The notes beneath the pieces are model-generated. The model was not told the origin of the DNA and searched no databases. It worked only from the letters and a program-made list of their open reading frames with translations. 64,000 bases of DNA from Candidatus Krumholzibacteriota bacterium (lineage in GTDB: Bacteria; Krumholzibacteriota; Krumholzibacteriia; JAJRXK01), in contig CAVXTH010000005.1 in NCBI GenBank assembly GCA_963764625.1, positions 96,001 through 160,000 of the forward strand, in the 5' to 3' direction. A program made the translations under genes and the position numbers. Shown here in pieces: positions 9,330 through 18,673 of the stretch. The number at the start of each line of letters is the position of its first letter. The first letter of the stretch is position 1.

Positions 9330-12300
9330 ATGGATCGCAATCTCGAGAAAAATCTTCGCAAGATCCAAGGCTTGCGCGAAAAAGGGCAACTGGATAAGGC
9401 CCTCTCCCAGCTCGATTCTTGGGCCAAGAAGAACCCCGATACCCCGCACTATCAGTACGAGGCGGCCAACGTCGCCCTGGACCTGGGAGACCACGTCAGC
9501 GGCCTGCGCTGGCTCAAGAACCTCCTGCGAAGCGCTCCGGATAGCCGGGTGCGCGTTCTGGATGCGGTCAACGAACGCTTCCAGAACGAACCGATTCTCC
9601 CCTTGGGCGAATTCTTGATCGACCGTTACCTCTCTCGCGACGAGATCGAGCCGGCCCTCGCGGTGGTCACGCAACTGAGCGAAGAGGATCTCGAGCAATA
9701 CCGACAGAAGTTGAGGATCCGGCATTCGGGTCTGGCCTCTTCCTCGACTCCCGAGCTGCTCAAGTTCAGTCTCTACGCTCAGATCGCGGTCGCGCACGCC
9801 CAGAAGAATCCCGAGGAATTCGGAGCGCACGCCCAGGAGCTGCTCGCGGGTCAGATCGAGCAGGCCAAGACCCTTGCCGCTCTGTGCGAATCGGAGCTGA
9901 AGCTCCATACGCGTTGCACACCCCTGTTGGCTGCGGCCGGGCTCGCGCAGCTTCAGACCAAGCAGGTGGAGCGCGCCTGTCAACTCTTGAGCGCGGCAGC
10001 CGCACCGGAAACCGCGCCGGCGCTCCTGGAGAAGCTGCGGGACCAGCGCGTGCCCGAAGAACACCGCGGCACCTGGCTGCGAACCCTGGCCGAACTGGCT
10101 CTGGCGGCGCGCTCCTTTCAGGAGGCGACCGATTTCTTCCGCGAAGCGGCGGACGCCAACCCAAAATCGCGCGCGGACATTCTGGAACGACTGCAGAATC
10201 TCCCCCCTTCCCTCGACGCCGAAGCAGCCGCCCCGCTGTGGAAGCTGCAGCTGCGATTGCTCGTGGTGATGCGTAAATACGGTCCGGTGCCCAATCTGAT
10301 CGAAAAGCTGCGCACGGAGGCCAAGATCGACGCCGACGAGCTGCGCGCGATCATGGGCGAGGGGCAGGAGAACTCCGAGGCTCCGGCCGAGATGGCCTTC
10401 CTGCTCACCGAAGCCGCTCTGCAGGCCAAGGATCTGGCGGCAGCGGTCCAACACACCACGGAAATCCCGGATCGGGACGAACACGTCCTCCACAAGGTCA
10501 TTCGCGCCATCGAGCAGGTCTTGCCCGAGTGGACGAGTGAAAAGCGCCTGGAACTCTCCGCCCTGCAGGCGGTCATCTACGCGCGTCTGGGTCAGCAGCG
10601 AGGCGCCAACGAGACTCTGGCCGAGCTGTGGGAGAAGGAAGAGGACGCGAGCGCTCTCTTCGCAGTCACGAAGACCTGTCTGCAGAGAGTTCAGCCTTCG
10701 GCCCGTCTTCTCTCCGCCATGCTCAAGCCCTCGCTCGCCGCCGGTCAAACCGAGCTGCTGAGCGAAGCGCTCGACGGTCTGCTCCACTACAACCCCGAGG
10801 ATCTCAAATGGACCGCTGACGATATCGTGGCTCAACTGGACGAGATGCCCGAGTACAGCGCGGCCCTCCTTTCCATCTTGGACCAGGCGGACAGTGAACT
10901 GGGCGCCAACCAATTGCTGCGGTATCCGGTGGCGTGCGCGGCCCTCAGTTGCGGGAAGATCGCGCGAGCCGTCCCCGAGTTCCAGATTCTCCTCATGGCG
11001 CGTCCTCAGCTCGCCGAGGAAGTCCTGGAACGTCTGCGACGCGCTCTGCAGGACAACCCCGAAGACGCAGAACTCAACTTGGCTGCCTTTGATCTGCTCT
11101 GGGAAGCGCAAGAGCACGAAGAGGCGGAACAGTGCCTGGTGCGGGCCCTCCGGGCGGAACCCGAACGTATCCAGGAGCTCAGCGATCGCTTCGAGCAACT
11201 CCTCGTCGACGCGCCCGACTCCTCTGCGCTGTGGCTGGGCTATGGGGAAGCTCTGTACAGCATCGGCCGCTTCGCACAGCTCGATGAACTGGTGAAGCGA
11301 GCCCTCGCCTCGAAGATCGATTCCTCGAGTCTTTCCGATCTGCGTCTTCTGCAGGCGCGGGTGCTCGTGGACGAGGGACACGTGGACGACGCGGTAGCGC
11401 ACATCGAGCTTCTGCTGAACGAAGCGGAAGAGCCGCCGGAGCACGCGGTGGGAGTCTTGCAGGGATTACTCGAGAGCGATCCCGGCAACGCCCGGGCCCG
11501 CTACCTTCTGGGCCGCGCCGGCGACGCCGATCTCGACATTGCGGTTCCCGCGTTCTGTAAGGCGGCCGATCTGGACCGGAATCTGGTCAAGGATGTCGCG
11601 GCCCAGCTCGACGCGCTCTTGGCGCGTCCCGCGGCTACCGCGACCCACTTCCTTCTCGTCGCCAATTTTGATCGACGCCACCGTGATCCCCAAATCGCAT
11701 CCCGTGCCTACGAGCGCGCGCTGCGGCTCGACTCCAACACGGCGGACAAGGTGCTGGCCGATCTGAGCGGCGAACTCGAGAGCCCCTCGGCCACACTCGA
11801 GCTGCTCTACACCGCGGCCCACGCCGCGCGCCACGCGGGCAAGCTCGAACAAGCCTGCCAGATCCTCACGCGCCTCTACGGGCAGAACACGGCCGAGATC
11901 CGCCACGTACTGGCCGAGCTGCGCAAGGTCAGTCAGGAGTTTCCCGAGGAGCTGCTGCCGCAGAGAACCAGCGCGCGCATTCTTCTGGCCGACAAACAGG
12001 TGGAAGCCGCGGCCGAGCTCGTAGCATCACTGGCCACCAACCCCAACTATCCGGTGGAGCTGAGGCGCGCGATGCTGGAGGAGTTCCAGCAGAGAGTTCC
12101 CGCCCACTGGGGCCTGCTCATGGGCCTCGCGCAGTTCAGGGGACAGGACGGAGATCGCGACCAGGCGGCCGAGCTCCTGTGGAGCGCGTTGCAGCACGAA
12201 GATCTCGACATCGAAGCGGCCCTCGGCGTCACCCGCGCTCTTCTGATGGACGCTCCCGAGCAGGGCGAACTGCGTCTGATTCAACACGACCTCCTTCTGC

Positions 12301-13136
12301 GCAGCGGCCAGGTCGAGGCGGCCTACGAGGCGCTGCCCCAGCCGAGCGCGCTGCCCCGCGAACGTCAGAGCGAGCTCAACACTCGTCTCTCCGCCGCGAG
12401 CCGGCGTGGCTTCGGGCACATCAACTTCGTTTTGAGCCAGGCCGAGTCCTACCGGCAGGAGGGGCGCCGCGACGAGAGTCTGGCGCTCCTGCGTCAGGCC
12501 TACGAGAAAGCCGAGGGAGAGGACCGGGTTCGCCTGGGTTCGGAACTGGCGCGGAGCCTGAAGCACGTGGGCCGGCAGGACGAAGCCCAGGAAATTTTCC
12601 TGGGCCTGGTCGACGAGGGTCTGCAGTGGACGCAAGTCTACTCCCTAGTGGGGCGCTGGCGGGTGGAACGCCTCGAACAGGAGGGTCGCGCCCTTCGTCA
12701 GCGTATCGAAGAGAACCCAGACGACTATGAGGCGCGTCTGCAACTCGGGGCGATTCTCCTGCAGCGCGACAAAGTCGCCGAAGCGGCGGATCTCCTGAGC
12801 GAAACCCACGCCGAGGGAGAGCCCAGGCTCAGGCGAGCCTGTCTGTTGGCCGATGCCTACTTGCGGCTGGACCGTTGCACGCGAGCCGAAGCGGTCTTGC
12901 ACGCGGTAGCGGGGGAGACCGAGGACTTTTGGGCGGAGGAGATCGAGTGGCGGATGGCACAGTGCGCCCAGCGCATGGAACGCCATGCCGAATGTCATGC
13001 CCGCTACGAGAAACTTTTCGATAGCAAGCGATATGGTGAACGCGCCCGTGAGAGGGCCACGGAGGCCTACGGCCGCTATCTCAGCGACCTCGCCGGAGAG
13101 TATCGGGCAGTGCTCTCTCGGGTGAGCACACTTTAG
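9330..13136 (+). CDS. Very large tetratricopeptide-repeat protein (about 1268 aa)
   Basis: Helical A/L/E-rich repeats throughout (e.g. ALWLGYGEALYSIGRF, ARARYLLGRA, ARLQLGAILLQ). ATG 9330 follows a GGGAG RBS. Confidence 0.8.
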   Translation: MDRNLEKNLRKIQGLREKGQLDKALSQLDSWAKKNPDTPHYQYEAANVALDLGDHVSGLRWLKNLLRSAPDSRVRVLDAVNERFQNEPILPLGEFLIDRYLSRDEIEPALAVVTQLSEEDLEQYRQKLRIRHSGLASSSTPELLKFSLYAQIAVAHAQKNPEEFGAHAQELLAGQIEQAKTLAALCESELKLHTRCTPLLAAAGLAQLQTKQVERACQLLSAAAAPETAPALLEKLRDQRVPEEHRGTWLRTLAELALAARSFQEATDFFREAADANPKSRADILERLQNLPPSLDAEAAAPLWKLQLRLLVVMRKYGPVPNLIEKLRTEAKIDADELRAIMGEGQENSEAPAEMAFLLTEAALQAKDLAAAVQHTTEIPDRDEHVLHKVIRAIEQVLPEWTSEKRLELSALQAVIYARLGQQRGANETLAELWEKEEDASALFAVTKTCLQRVQPSARLLSAMLKPSLAAGQTELLSEALDGLLHYNPEDLKWTADDIVAQLDEMPEYSAALLSILDQADSELGANQLLRYPVACAALSCGKIARAVPEFQILLMARPQLAEEVLERLRRALQDNPEDAELNLAAFDLLWEAQEHEEAEQCLVRALRAEPERIQELSDRFEQLLVDAPDSSALWLGYGEALYSIGRFAQLDELVKRALASKIDSSSLSDLRLLQARVLVDEGHVDDAVAHIELLLNEAEEPPEHAVGVLQGLLESDPGNARARYLLGRAGDADLDIAVPAFCKAADLDRNLVKDVAAQLDALLARPAATATHFLLVANFDRRHRDPQIASRAYERALRLDSNTADKVLADLSGELESPSATLELLYTAAHAARHAGKLEQACQILTRLYGQNTAEIRHVLAELRKVSQEFPEELLPQRTSARILLADKQVEAAAELVASLATNPNYPVELRRAMLEEFQQRVPAHWGLLMGLAQFRGQDGDRDQAAELLWSALQHEDLDIEAALGVTRALLMDAPEQGELRLIQHDLLLRSGQVEAAYEALPQPSALPRERQSELNTRLSAASRRGFGHINFVLSQAESYRQEGRRDESLALLRQAYEKAEGEDRVRLGSELARSLKHVGRQDEAQEIFLGLVDEGLQWTQVYSLVGRWRVERLEQEGRALRQRIEENPDDYEARLQLGAILLQRDKVAEAADLLSETHAEGEPRLRRACLLADAYLRLDRCTRAEAVLHAVAGETEDFWAEEIEWRMAQCAQRMERHAECHARYEKLFDSKRYGERARERATEAYGRYLSDLAGEYRAVLSRVSTL

Positions 13137-13154
13137 TCGAAAGAGGAAGACGAC

Positions 13155-14678
13155 ATGTACGACGAGAGCCAAGACCAAACGACCACGGTGCAGGACGAAG
13201 ATCCGGGCGCGAAGATGGAGTCCCCCGGGACGGATCGCGTCGTCCTTCAAGCCCTGGAGGGGCTTGCCCACGCCACGGACCGCCTGGTGGACGAGGTGAA
13301 GGAGAGCTCTCGCACCCAGGACGCTTCCTGGCGCGGCAATCTCGCGGACGGGCTCGACGGAGTGGTGGACCAGGTGGAACACCGTCTCACCAAGGAGAGA
13401 AGTCAGCTGGAAGCCATCCTGCGCACGGCCATGGAGGAGATCCTCGAGGCCAAGATCCAGGAGCTGCGCGAGCTGAGCTCGGGCAAACCCGACAGCGGGG
13501 AGCTGGAGGAGACCATTTCACGTCGCGCGGAGCTGCTGGAGAACTCGCTGGCGGCGCGGCTCGCGGAAGTCCTACAGGAGACTCTGAGCAAGTACGGCGA
13601 GCTACGCAGCGAGAGCTCATCCGCTTCCTCGATCGAGGCGCACTCCGAGGAGACGCAAGAGCCGACCGCGGCGGCGGATCCCGGCGTCATCGTCGAGGCC
13701 GTCATCAGCCAGTTCGAAGAGAAGCTGAACCAGGCTCTCAAGGAACACGACGAGACGGTGGAGGATGCACTCGCCAACCGGGTGCAGGAGATCGTGGACG
13801 AGAGCTTGCGTAAGCGCTCCGAGTCCGATTCAGACGGGTACAAAGAGACTCTCAACACCTCTCTGGCGGAGCAGCAGGAAACCGCGGAGAAGATGTTGAA
13901 GGAACAGCTGCAGTCGCTGAAGGACTCGATGGAGCAATCCATTGCGGCCCTGAAGGACGAAGTTAAGTCCCAGGCCGAGGCCCTTCGCAAGGCCTTAGAG
14001 GACACCAGCGAACAGCGCACCCAAGAGCTGAGCCGCTGGCGCGACCAACAGAACGAACGCATCGCCCAGATCGAGAGCGAGACCAAGGAACTCAGCTCGA
14101 TGGGCGAACGGATCGAGAAGAGTCACGGAGAGATCTCGGATTTCTTCGAGGGTCAAAAAGAGCGAGCGAAGGTCGAGGAAGATCGCCAACGCAAAGAAGA
14201 GGCGCGGCGCCTCAACAACGCCGGCGTGAGTGCCTATCACGCCGGGGAATACGAGACTGCGAACGGACTCTTCGAGAAGGCCATCGATCGTGACTGCCGG
14301 TTCAGCCAGGCGTTCAACAACCTCGGGCTCACCCTGACCGAATTGAATCGCCACGATGAAGCGCAGGCCGCGTTCGAGTCCGCGCTCGAGCTCGATCCCG
14401 AGTTGGGAGCGACCTACAACAATCTGGGCTACGCGCTCTTCCTCCAGGAGAACTACGAGGCCGCCATCCAGATGTACAAGGAGGCGGTGGGCCGTCAGTG
14501 CGACGTGAGCGCGGCGTGGACGAATCTGGGCAACGCGCACCACAAGCTGGGAGAGACGGAGAAGGCGGTTCAGGCCTGGCAGCACGCGCTGGAAGCCGAT
14601 CCGGGCAACGAGCGCGCGCAGTCCTACCTGGAGCAGGTCACCGCGGGAATGAGTCAGACTCCTTCGAAGAAATCCTAG
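13155..14678 (+). CDS. Acidic coiled-coil protein with C-terminal TPRs
   Basis: Long E/Q/L heptad region, then canonical TPRs (AFNNLG, TYNNLG, AWTNLG). Confidence 0.85.
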   Translation: MYDESQDQTTTVQDEDPGAKMESPGTDRVVLQALEGLAHATDRLVDEVKESSRTQDASWRGNLADGLDGVVDQVEHRLTKERSQLEAILRTAMEEILEAKIQELRELSSGKPDSGELEETISRRAELLENSLAARLAEVLQETLSKYGELRSESSSASSIEAHSEETQEPTAAADPGVIVEAVISQFEEKLNQALKEHDETVEDALANRVQEIVDESLRKRSESDSDGYKETLNTSLAEQQETAEKMLKEQLQSLKDSMEQSIAALKDEVKSQAEALRKALEDTSEQRTQELSRWRDQQNERIAQIESETKELSSMGERIEKSHGEISDFFEGQKERAKVEEDRQRKEEARRLNNAGVSAYHAGEYETANGLFEKAIDRDCRFSQAFNNLGLTLTELNRHDEAQAAFESALELDPELGATYNNLGYALFLQENYEAAIQMYKEAVGRQCDVSAAWTNLGNAHHKLGETEKAVQAWQHALEADPGNERAQSYLEQVTAGMSQTPSKKS

Positions 14679-15795
14679 GGCTGTCCTTCACCCCTTCCCC
14701 GCGGGAGATCAACCGGCGCAGCTCGGTCAGGACGCGCTCCTGCGAGAGCCCCGCCATGGTGCCGTCCGGACTTTGCAGGGCCACCACGCTCTCGTTGGGC
14801 GGCTTCCAGCTTTCTGCCGGCGTGGGGCCGAAGAGCGCCACCGTGGGCGCCCCCACCGCCCCGGCCACGTGCATGATGCCGGTATCGTTCAACAAAGCCA
14901 ACTGAGAGGCGGCGAGAGCCGCCCCCACCGTGCGTACCGAAACCCCGCGCAGGACCGGCAGCTCCGCGTTCAGACCCGCTTGAAGCTCGCCGGTGGCCGT
15001 CCCGTCGGCCGGCCCCTCGACGCACCAGGGGGACCACCCTTCCTCGCGCAGACGCTCCACCACCGCCGCAAAGCGTTCGGGCGGCCAGCGGTTGGCCTGC
15101 TTGCCCGCGCCCGGATGGACCGCGAAATACGGGGGTTCGCCAACTTTGGCCAGAAACTCCGCGGCCCGGCGCCGGTTCTCCTCGGAGAGGACCAGAGTGG
15201 TGCTGCGGTCGTGCGTCTCGATCCCGATGCTCTTGAGCGGCATCAGTCCGTGATCGATCGCGTGCCCTTCCACTTCCTTGCTGCTGGGCATCTGCAGGTT
15301 GTAGAGCCACTGGCTGAAGGACCAGCCGAAGGGGCGACTGTCGCCTCCGATGATACGCCGTGCACCGCTCAACACCGCGATCCACGAGGAGGTGCCGCTG
15401 TAGGAGACACTGTTGAGAACGATCGCGAGCTCGGGGTCGAAGGCTCGCAGCGAGCGCACGAAACCCACCGCGTGCCGGGGAGACCGGCGCGCACGCACCT
15501 TGTCGAAGAGATAGACCCGCTCGAGATAGGGATTGCCGCGCACCACGCCGTCGTTCACTGGCGCCGTCACGATGGCCAGATGCGCGCCCTCGAAGGTCTC
15601 GGCGATCGCGCGGATCGCGGGCACGGCACAGAGCATGTCCCCCATTTGATTGTGCTGCCTGACGATCAGGATGCGACGCGGATTCTCCGCCCGAATCTGC
15701 TCCAGAGTCATCGCGAGCCGGTGAAAGAAGGGGCGCAGCAGCCACTCCAAGAGGCGCTTCAGCCAACGGTCTCTCCTGCGGCTCATGCGGCCCAT
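14638..15795 (-). CDS. Glycosyltransferase family 9 (LPS heptosyltransferase-like)
   Basis: RILIVR..QMGDML, VHPGAG..NRWP, NDTGIMHVAGAVGAPTVALFGPT. Confidence 0.9.
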   Translation of the reverse strand: MGRMSRRRDRWLKRLLEWLLRPFFHRLAMTLEQIRAENPRRILIVRQHNQMGDMLCAVPAIRAIAETFEGAHLAIVTAPVNDGVVRGNPYLERVYLFDKVRARRSPRHAVGFVRSLRAFDPELAIVLNSVSYSGTSSWIAVLSGARRIIGGDSRPFGWSFSQWLYNLQMPSSKEVEGHAIDHGLMPLKSIGIETHDRSTTLVLSEENRRRAAEFLAKVGEPPYFAVHPGAGKQANRWPPERFAAVVERLREEGWSPWCVEGPADGTATGELQAGLNAELPVLRGVSVRTVGAALAASQLALLNDTGIMHVAGAVGAPTVALFGPTPAESWKPPNESVVALQSPDGTMAGLSQERVLTELRRLISRGEGVKDSPRISSKESDSFPR

Positions 15796-15799
15796 GCAC

Positions 15800-16780
15800 T
15801 CACTCCCTGCGATCGCGCCAGTCATTCAGGCGCGGGGGAAGCTCTTCGAGGAGCCCAAGGTAGCGTCGGTAGCGGCCGCCATCCAGCGCGCCGCTCTTGA
15901 CCGCCGCGCGCACCGCGCAGTCCGGTTCGTGGTCGTGCAGACAGTCGCGAAAGTGGCATTCGCCGCGGTAGGGGCCGAACTCGACGAAACAGGGCGCGAG
16001 ATCGGGCCGCGCCATCCCCCACAATCCGAATTCGCGCATCCCCGGGGTGTCCGCCAGATAGCCGCCACCGTCCAGGGGAAAGAGACGGCTGCTGGAGGTG
16101 GTGTGACGGCCCTGGCCGCTCTTCTCCCCCACGCTCGAGGTTTTCAAATCGAGTCCCTTCTGCAGGGCCGAGATGAGGCTCGACTTTCCCACCCCGGAGA
16201 GCCCCACGAAAGCGCCCACCCCGCGCGATAGGGCCTCTCGGAGCTCCCCGATCCCCAGTCCGTTCAGGGCGCAGCAGAGGTGGACCGGATAGCCCAGGGA
16301 CTCATAGAGGCTGCGCAGCGGACTTGGATCCTCGGCCTCTGGCAGATCCGCCTTGTTCAAGACCAGGCCCGAGGCGACCCCCTGATGCTCAGCCGCGGCC
16401 AGGATGCGATCCACGAACATGAGATTCAGGGGAGGCCGGACCAGGGAAGCGATGATCCAGAGCCGGTCCAGGTTGGCGATGACGACCTGCTCCTGCGAGC
16501 GGCGACGTCCTCCACTGGGAGCGGGGCGCGAGATCTGGTTGCGGCGGGGCAGGATCTCCTGGATGACTCCAGCTTGGCCGCTCGTCGAGGCCTCCTCCTT
16601 GAAGCGAACGCGGTCGCCGATGACCGCCACGCGCACCTGCACCTGACGGCCATGCCGCAGGCGACCGGCGATGGCGCAGGCCCAGATTTCCGCGCCGTCG
16701 CTTTCTTGCGCCTGCACCAGATAGCGGTTGGCGCCGTGCTGGATGACGAGGCCCTCGATCTCACACCCCCGCGGGCCCAC
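15800..16780 (-). CDS. rsgA: Ribosome small subunit-dependent GTPase A
   Basis: Circularly permuted GTPase: NKADL, GLSGVGKSSL, GRHTT, DTPGMREF, and C.F.DC.H.HEPDCAV zinc site. Start estimated at GTG 16780. Confidence 0.93.
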   Translation of the reverse strand: MGPRGCEIEGLVIQHGANRYLVQAQESDGAEIWACAIAGRLRHGRQVQVRVAVIGDRVRFKEEASTSGQAGVIQEILPRRNQISRPAPSGGRRRSQEQVVIANLDRLWIIASLVRPPLNLMFVDRILAAAEHQGVASGLVLNKADLPEAEDPSPLRSLYESLGYPVHLCCALNGLGIGELREALSRGVGAFVGLSGVGKSSLISALQKGLDLKTSSVGEKSGQGRHTTSSSRLFPLDGGGYLADTPGMREFGLWGMARPDLAPCFVEFGPYRGECHFRDCLHDHEPDCAVRAAVKSGALDGGRYRRYLGLLEELPPRLNDWRDRRE

Positions 16781-16955
16781 GCGCCGGCGATACCCCGTGA
16801 TGGGCCCATGCTGAAGACTTGATAGACTCGAACGAGGGAACAACAGTTCCCTGGCCTTGTCTAGCCCACTCCCTTTTGCTACTGTTTCAGCATCTTCTAG
16901 AAAAATCCTCTTTTCCCGCCGGGCTCCGTCTTCGCGACTTTCCCTGGCCCCACCG

Positions 16956-17417
16956 ATGAACGTCGAACAATTGATGCAGCATGTCGACCCCGCCCTCTGG
17001 ATTGGCAATTTCTCCTCACGCAGCAAAGACGAAGCGCTCCAAAAACTGACGGAAGTTCTCGTTTCGTCCGGAAAAGTCAAGAATGGCGCGGTCATTCTCG
17101 AAATGCTGCGCAATCGCGAGGCCCTGGGAAGCACCGCCGTCGGTAGCGGCGTGGCCTTTCCCCATGGCCGCTCGGTGGCCATCTCGGATCTGATCATCCT
17201 GGTCGCGCGCAGCACCAAGGGAATTGATTTCGACAGCATCGACGGCGAGAAGACCCGACTCTTCTTCCTCCTCTTGGCTCCTCCTCAGGACCGCGGGAAT
17301 GCCTACCTCCAGGCCTTGGGGGTGATCACCGGGCTCGTCCAACGGGACGACGTTCGGGAGAAGCTGCTGAACGCCACGAATTTCGACGCCATGATGACCG
17401 TGTTGAAGGAGGCCTGA
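16956..17417 (+). CDS. PTS EIIA (Ntr/Fru-type) domain protein
   Basis: REALGSTAVGSGVAFPHGR with the phospho-His, and GIDFDSIDG. Confidence 0.9.
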   Translation: MNVEQLMQHVDPALWIGNFSSRSKDEALQKLTEVLVSSGKVKNGAVILEMLRNREALGSTAVGSGVAFPHGRSVAISDLIILVARSTKGIDFDSIDGEKTRLFFLLLAPPQDRGNAYLQALGVITGLVQRDDVREKLLNATNFDAMMTVLKEA

Positions 17418-17420
17418 GGC

Positions 17421-17771
17421 TTGAGCCCCACGAACAATGTCCAGCTTCTCGTCGCCCTCCAAGATCTCGACCAAATGATCCGCGAAGCCGAAGACACCAA
17501 GAAGCGAGAAGCTCTGGAGAAGATGGGGTTTCCCGTGAGTGGGGTCGACGAGCTGCGCAAGGCCCACTCGAAGCTGGAAGCAAAGCTCCCGCCGCAGTTG
17601 GTGCGCCGCTACAAGCGCATCAAGGATCGCACCGGACGGGCCGTGGTGCCCGTGGTGGACAGCACCTGCACCGGTTGCTTCACGAACGTACCCTCGATCT
17701 TCACCAGCGCGGTCAACGAGAACAAAATCATGTTCTGCGAGACCTGCGGACGGATGCTCTTCTGGCCCTAG
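17421..17771 (+). CDS. Short C4 zinc-ribbon protein (DUF164 / CT398-HP0958-like)
   Basis: LVALQDLD N-terminus, Y.RI...G.AVVPV...CTGC...CETCGRML; 116 aa; TTG start. Confidence 0.82.
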   Translation: MSPTNNVQLLVALQDLDQMIREAEDTKKREALEKMGFPVSGVDELRKAHSKLEAKLPPQLVRRYKRIKDRTGRAVVPVVDSTCTGCFTNVPSIFTSAVNENKIMFCETCGRMLFWP

Positions 17772-17925
17772 GAAGCCCGGGCCTTCCTCTTTCCTCCCTG
17801 GCGGCTTCGGACCGGTCACCACGGCCAGAATCCGACCATGAGGGCCCGAGGAAGGCGGCGAAGGCTATGAGCATATCTCCTTTGTTTCCAGTGAGTTTCA
17901 TGTCCATCCGCGCTCGCCCGGGGGC

Positions 17926-17941
17926 GGGCACTCCCGTTGCA
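17926..17941 (+). promoter_or_regulatory. Putative sigma54 -24/-12 promoter
   Basis: GGGCACTCCCGTTGCA, upstream of bactofilin ATG 18040. Confidence 0.6.
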
Positions 17942-18039
17942 CCGGGTCGGGGCAGGGGGAGGTTTCTGGAACATCTTCCCTTTTCGCAACGGAACCCGAG
18001 CCCCGTGCCCCGAGGCGGGCACGCGACACTGGAGGAAGC

Positions 18040-18567
18040 ATGTTCGGAGGCAAGGAAAAGTCGCAGGATTTCAGTGGAATTCCCCCGACCCCGACCACCC
18101 CGACGGTGAACCCGAGCCCGAAGGCCAAGAACCAGAACAAGGATCAGATCACGGCCTATTTGGGACCCGACGTTCACATCGAGGGAAAATTGCGGTTTGA
18201 GAACGCGGTTCTCATCGAGGGCACCTTCAACGGTGAGATCGAGAGCGAAGGGAATCTGATCATCGGAGAGAACGCCGAGGTCGACGCGAAGATCACCACG
18301 AGGACCATCGCCATCAAGGGAAAGCTCAAGGGAAGCATCCACGCCTCGGAGAGGGTGGAGCTCCAGGGCCATGGCCAGCTCCAAGGCGATATCGTCACCC
18401 CTTCGTTGCAGATGGACGAGACGGTGTTCTTCCAGGGATCATGCTCGATGCCCTCGGGGTCGAGCACGCAGCACCAGTCGAGGCCGGCGGAGACCGCCAG
18501 CCACTCGACTCCGAAGCGGGAGACCGTGGACGAGATCGTGGATGCGGTGGGATCGAACAAGAACTGA
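18040..18567 (+). CDS. Bactofilin (polymer-forming cytoskeletal protein)
   Basis: Beta-helix repeats TAYLGPDVHIEGKL...IEGTFNGEI...LIIGENAEVDAKI...GDIVTPSLQM...FQGSCSM; GGAGG RBS. Confidence 0.92.
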   Translation: MFGGKEKSQDFSGIPPTPTTPTVNPSPKAKNQNKDQITAYLGPDVHIEGKLRFENAVLIEGTFNGEIESEGNLIIGENAEVDAKITTRTIAIKGKLKGSIHASERVELQGHGQLQGDIVTPSLQMDETVFFQGSCSMPSGSSTQHQSRPAETASHSTPKRETVDEIVDAVGSNKN

Positions 18568-18603
18568 GGACTTTGGGCCGCGGCGATCGGCCTGAAGAAG
18601 CGA

Positions 18604-18640
18604 AGGCCGGGTCCCGAAAGGGATCCCGGCCTCTTTCTTT
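18604..18640 (+). terminator. Rho-independent terminator after bactofilin
   Basis: AGGCCGGG-TCCC-GAAA-GGGA-T-CCCGGCCT hairpin followed by CTTTCTTT. Confidence 0.8.
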
Positions 18641-18673
18641 AGCTCTCCTGGAGGGGCGGATAGGGCGCGTGCC

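Noticed and set aside
14638-14678. 41-bp convergent overlap between the GT9 and TPR genes
   Set aside because: Short tail-to-tail overlaps are common in GC-rich genomes; no sign of function.
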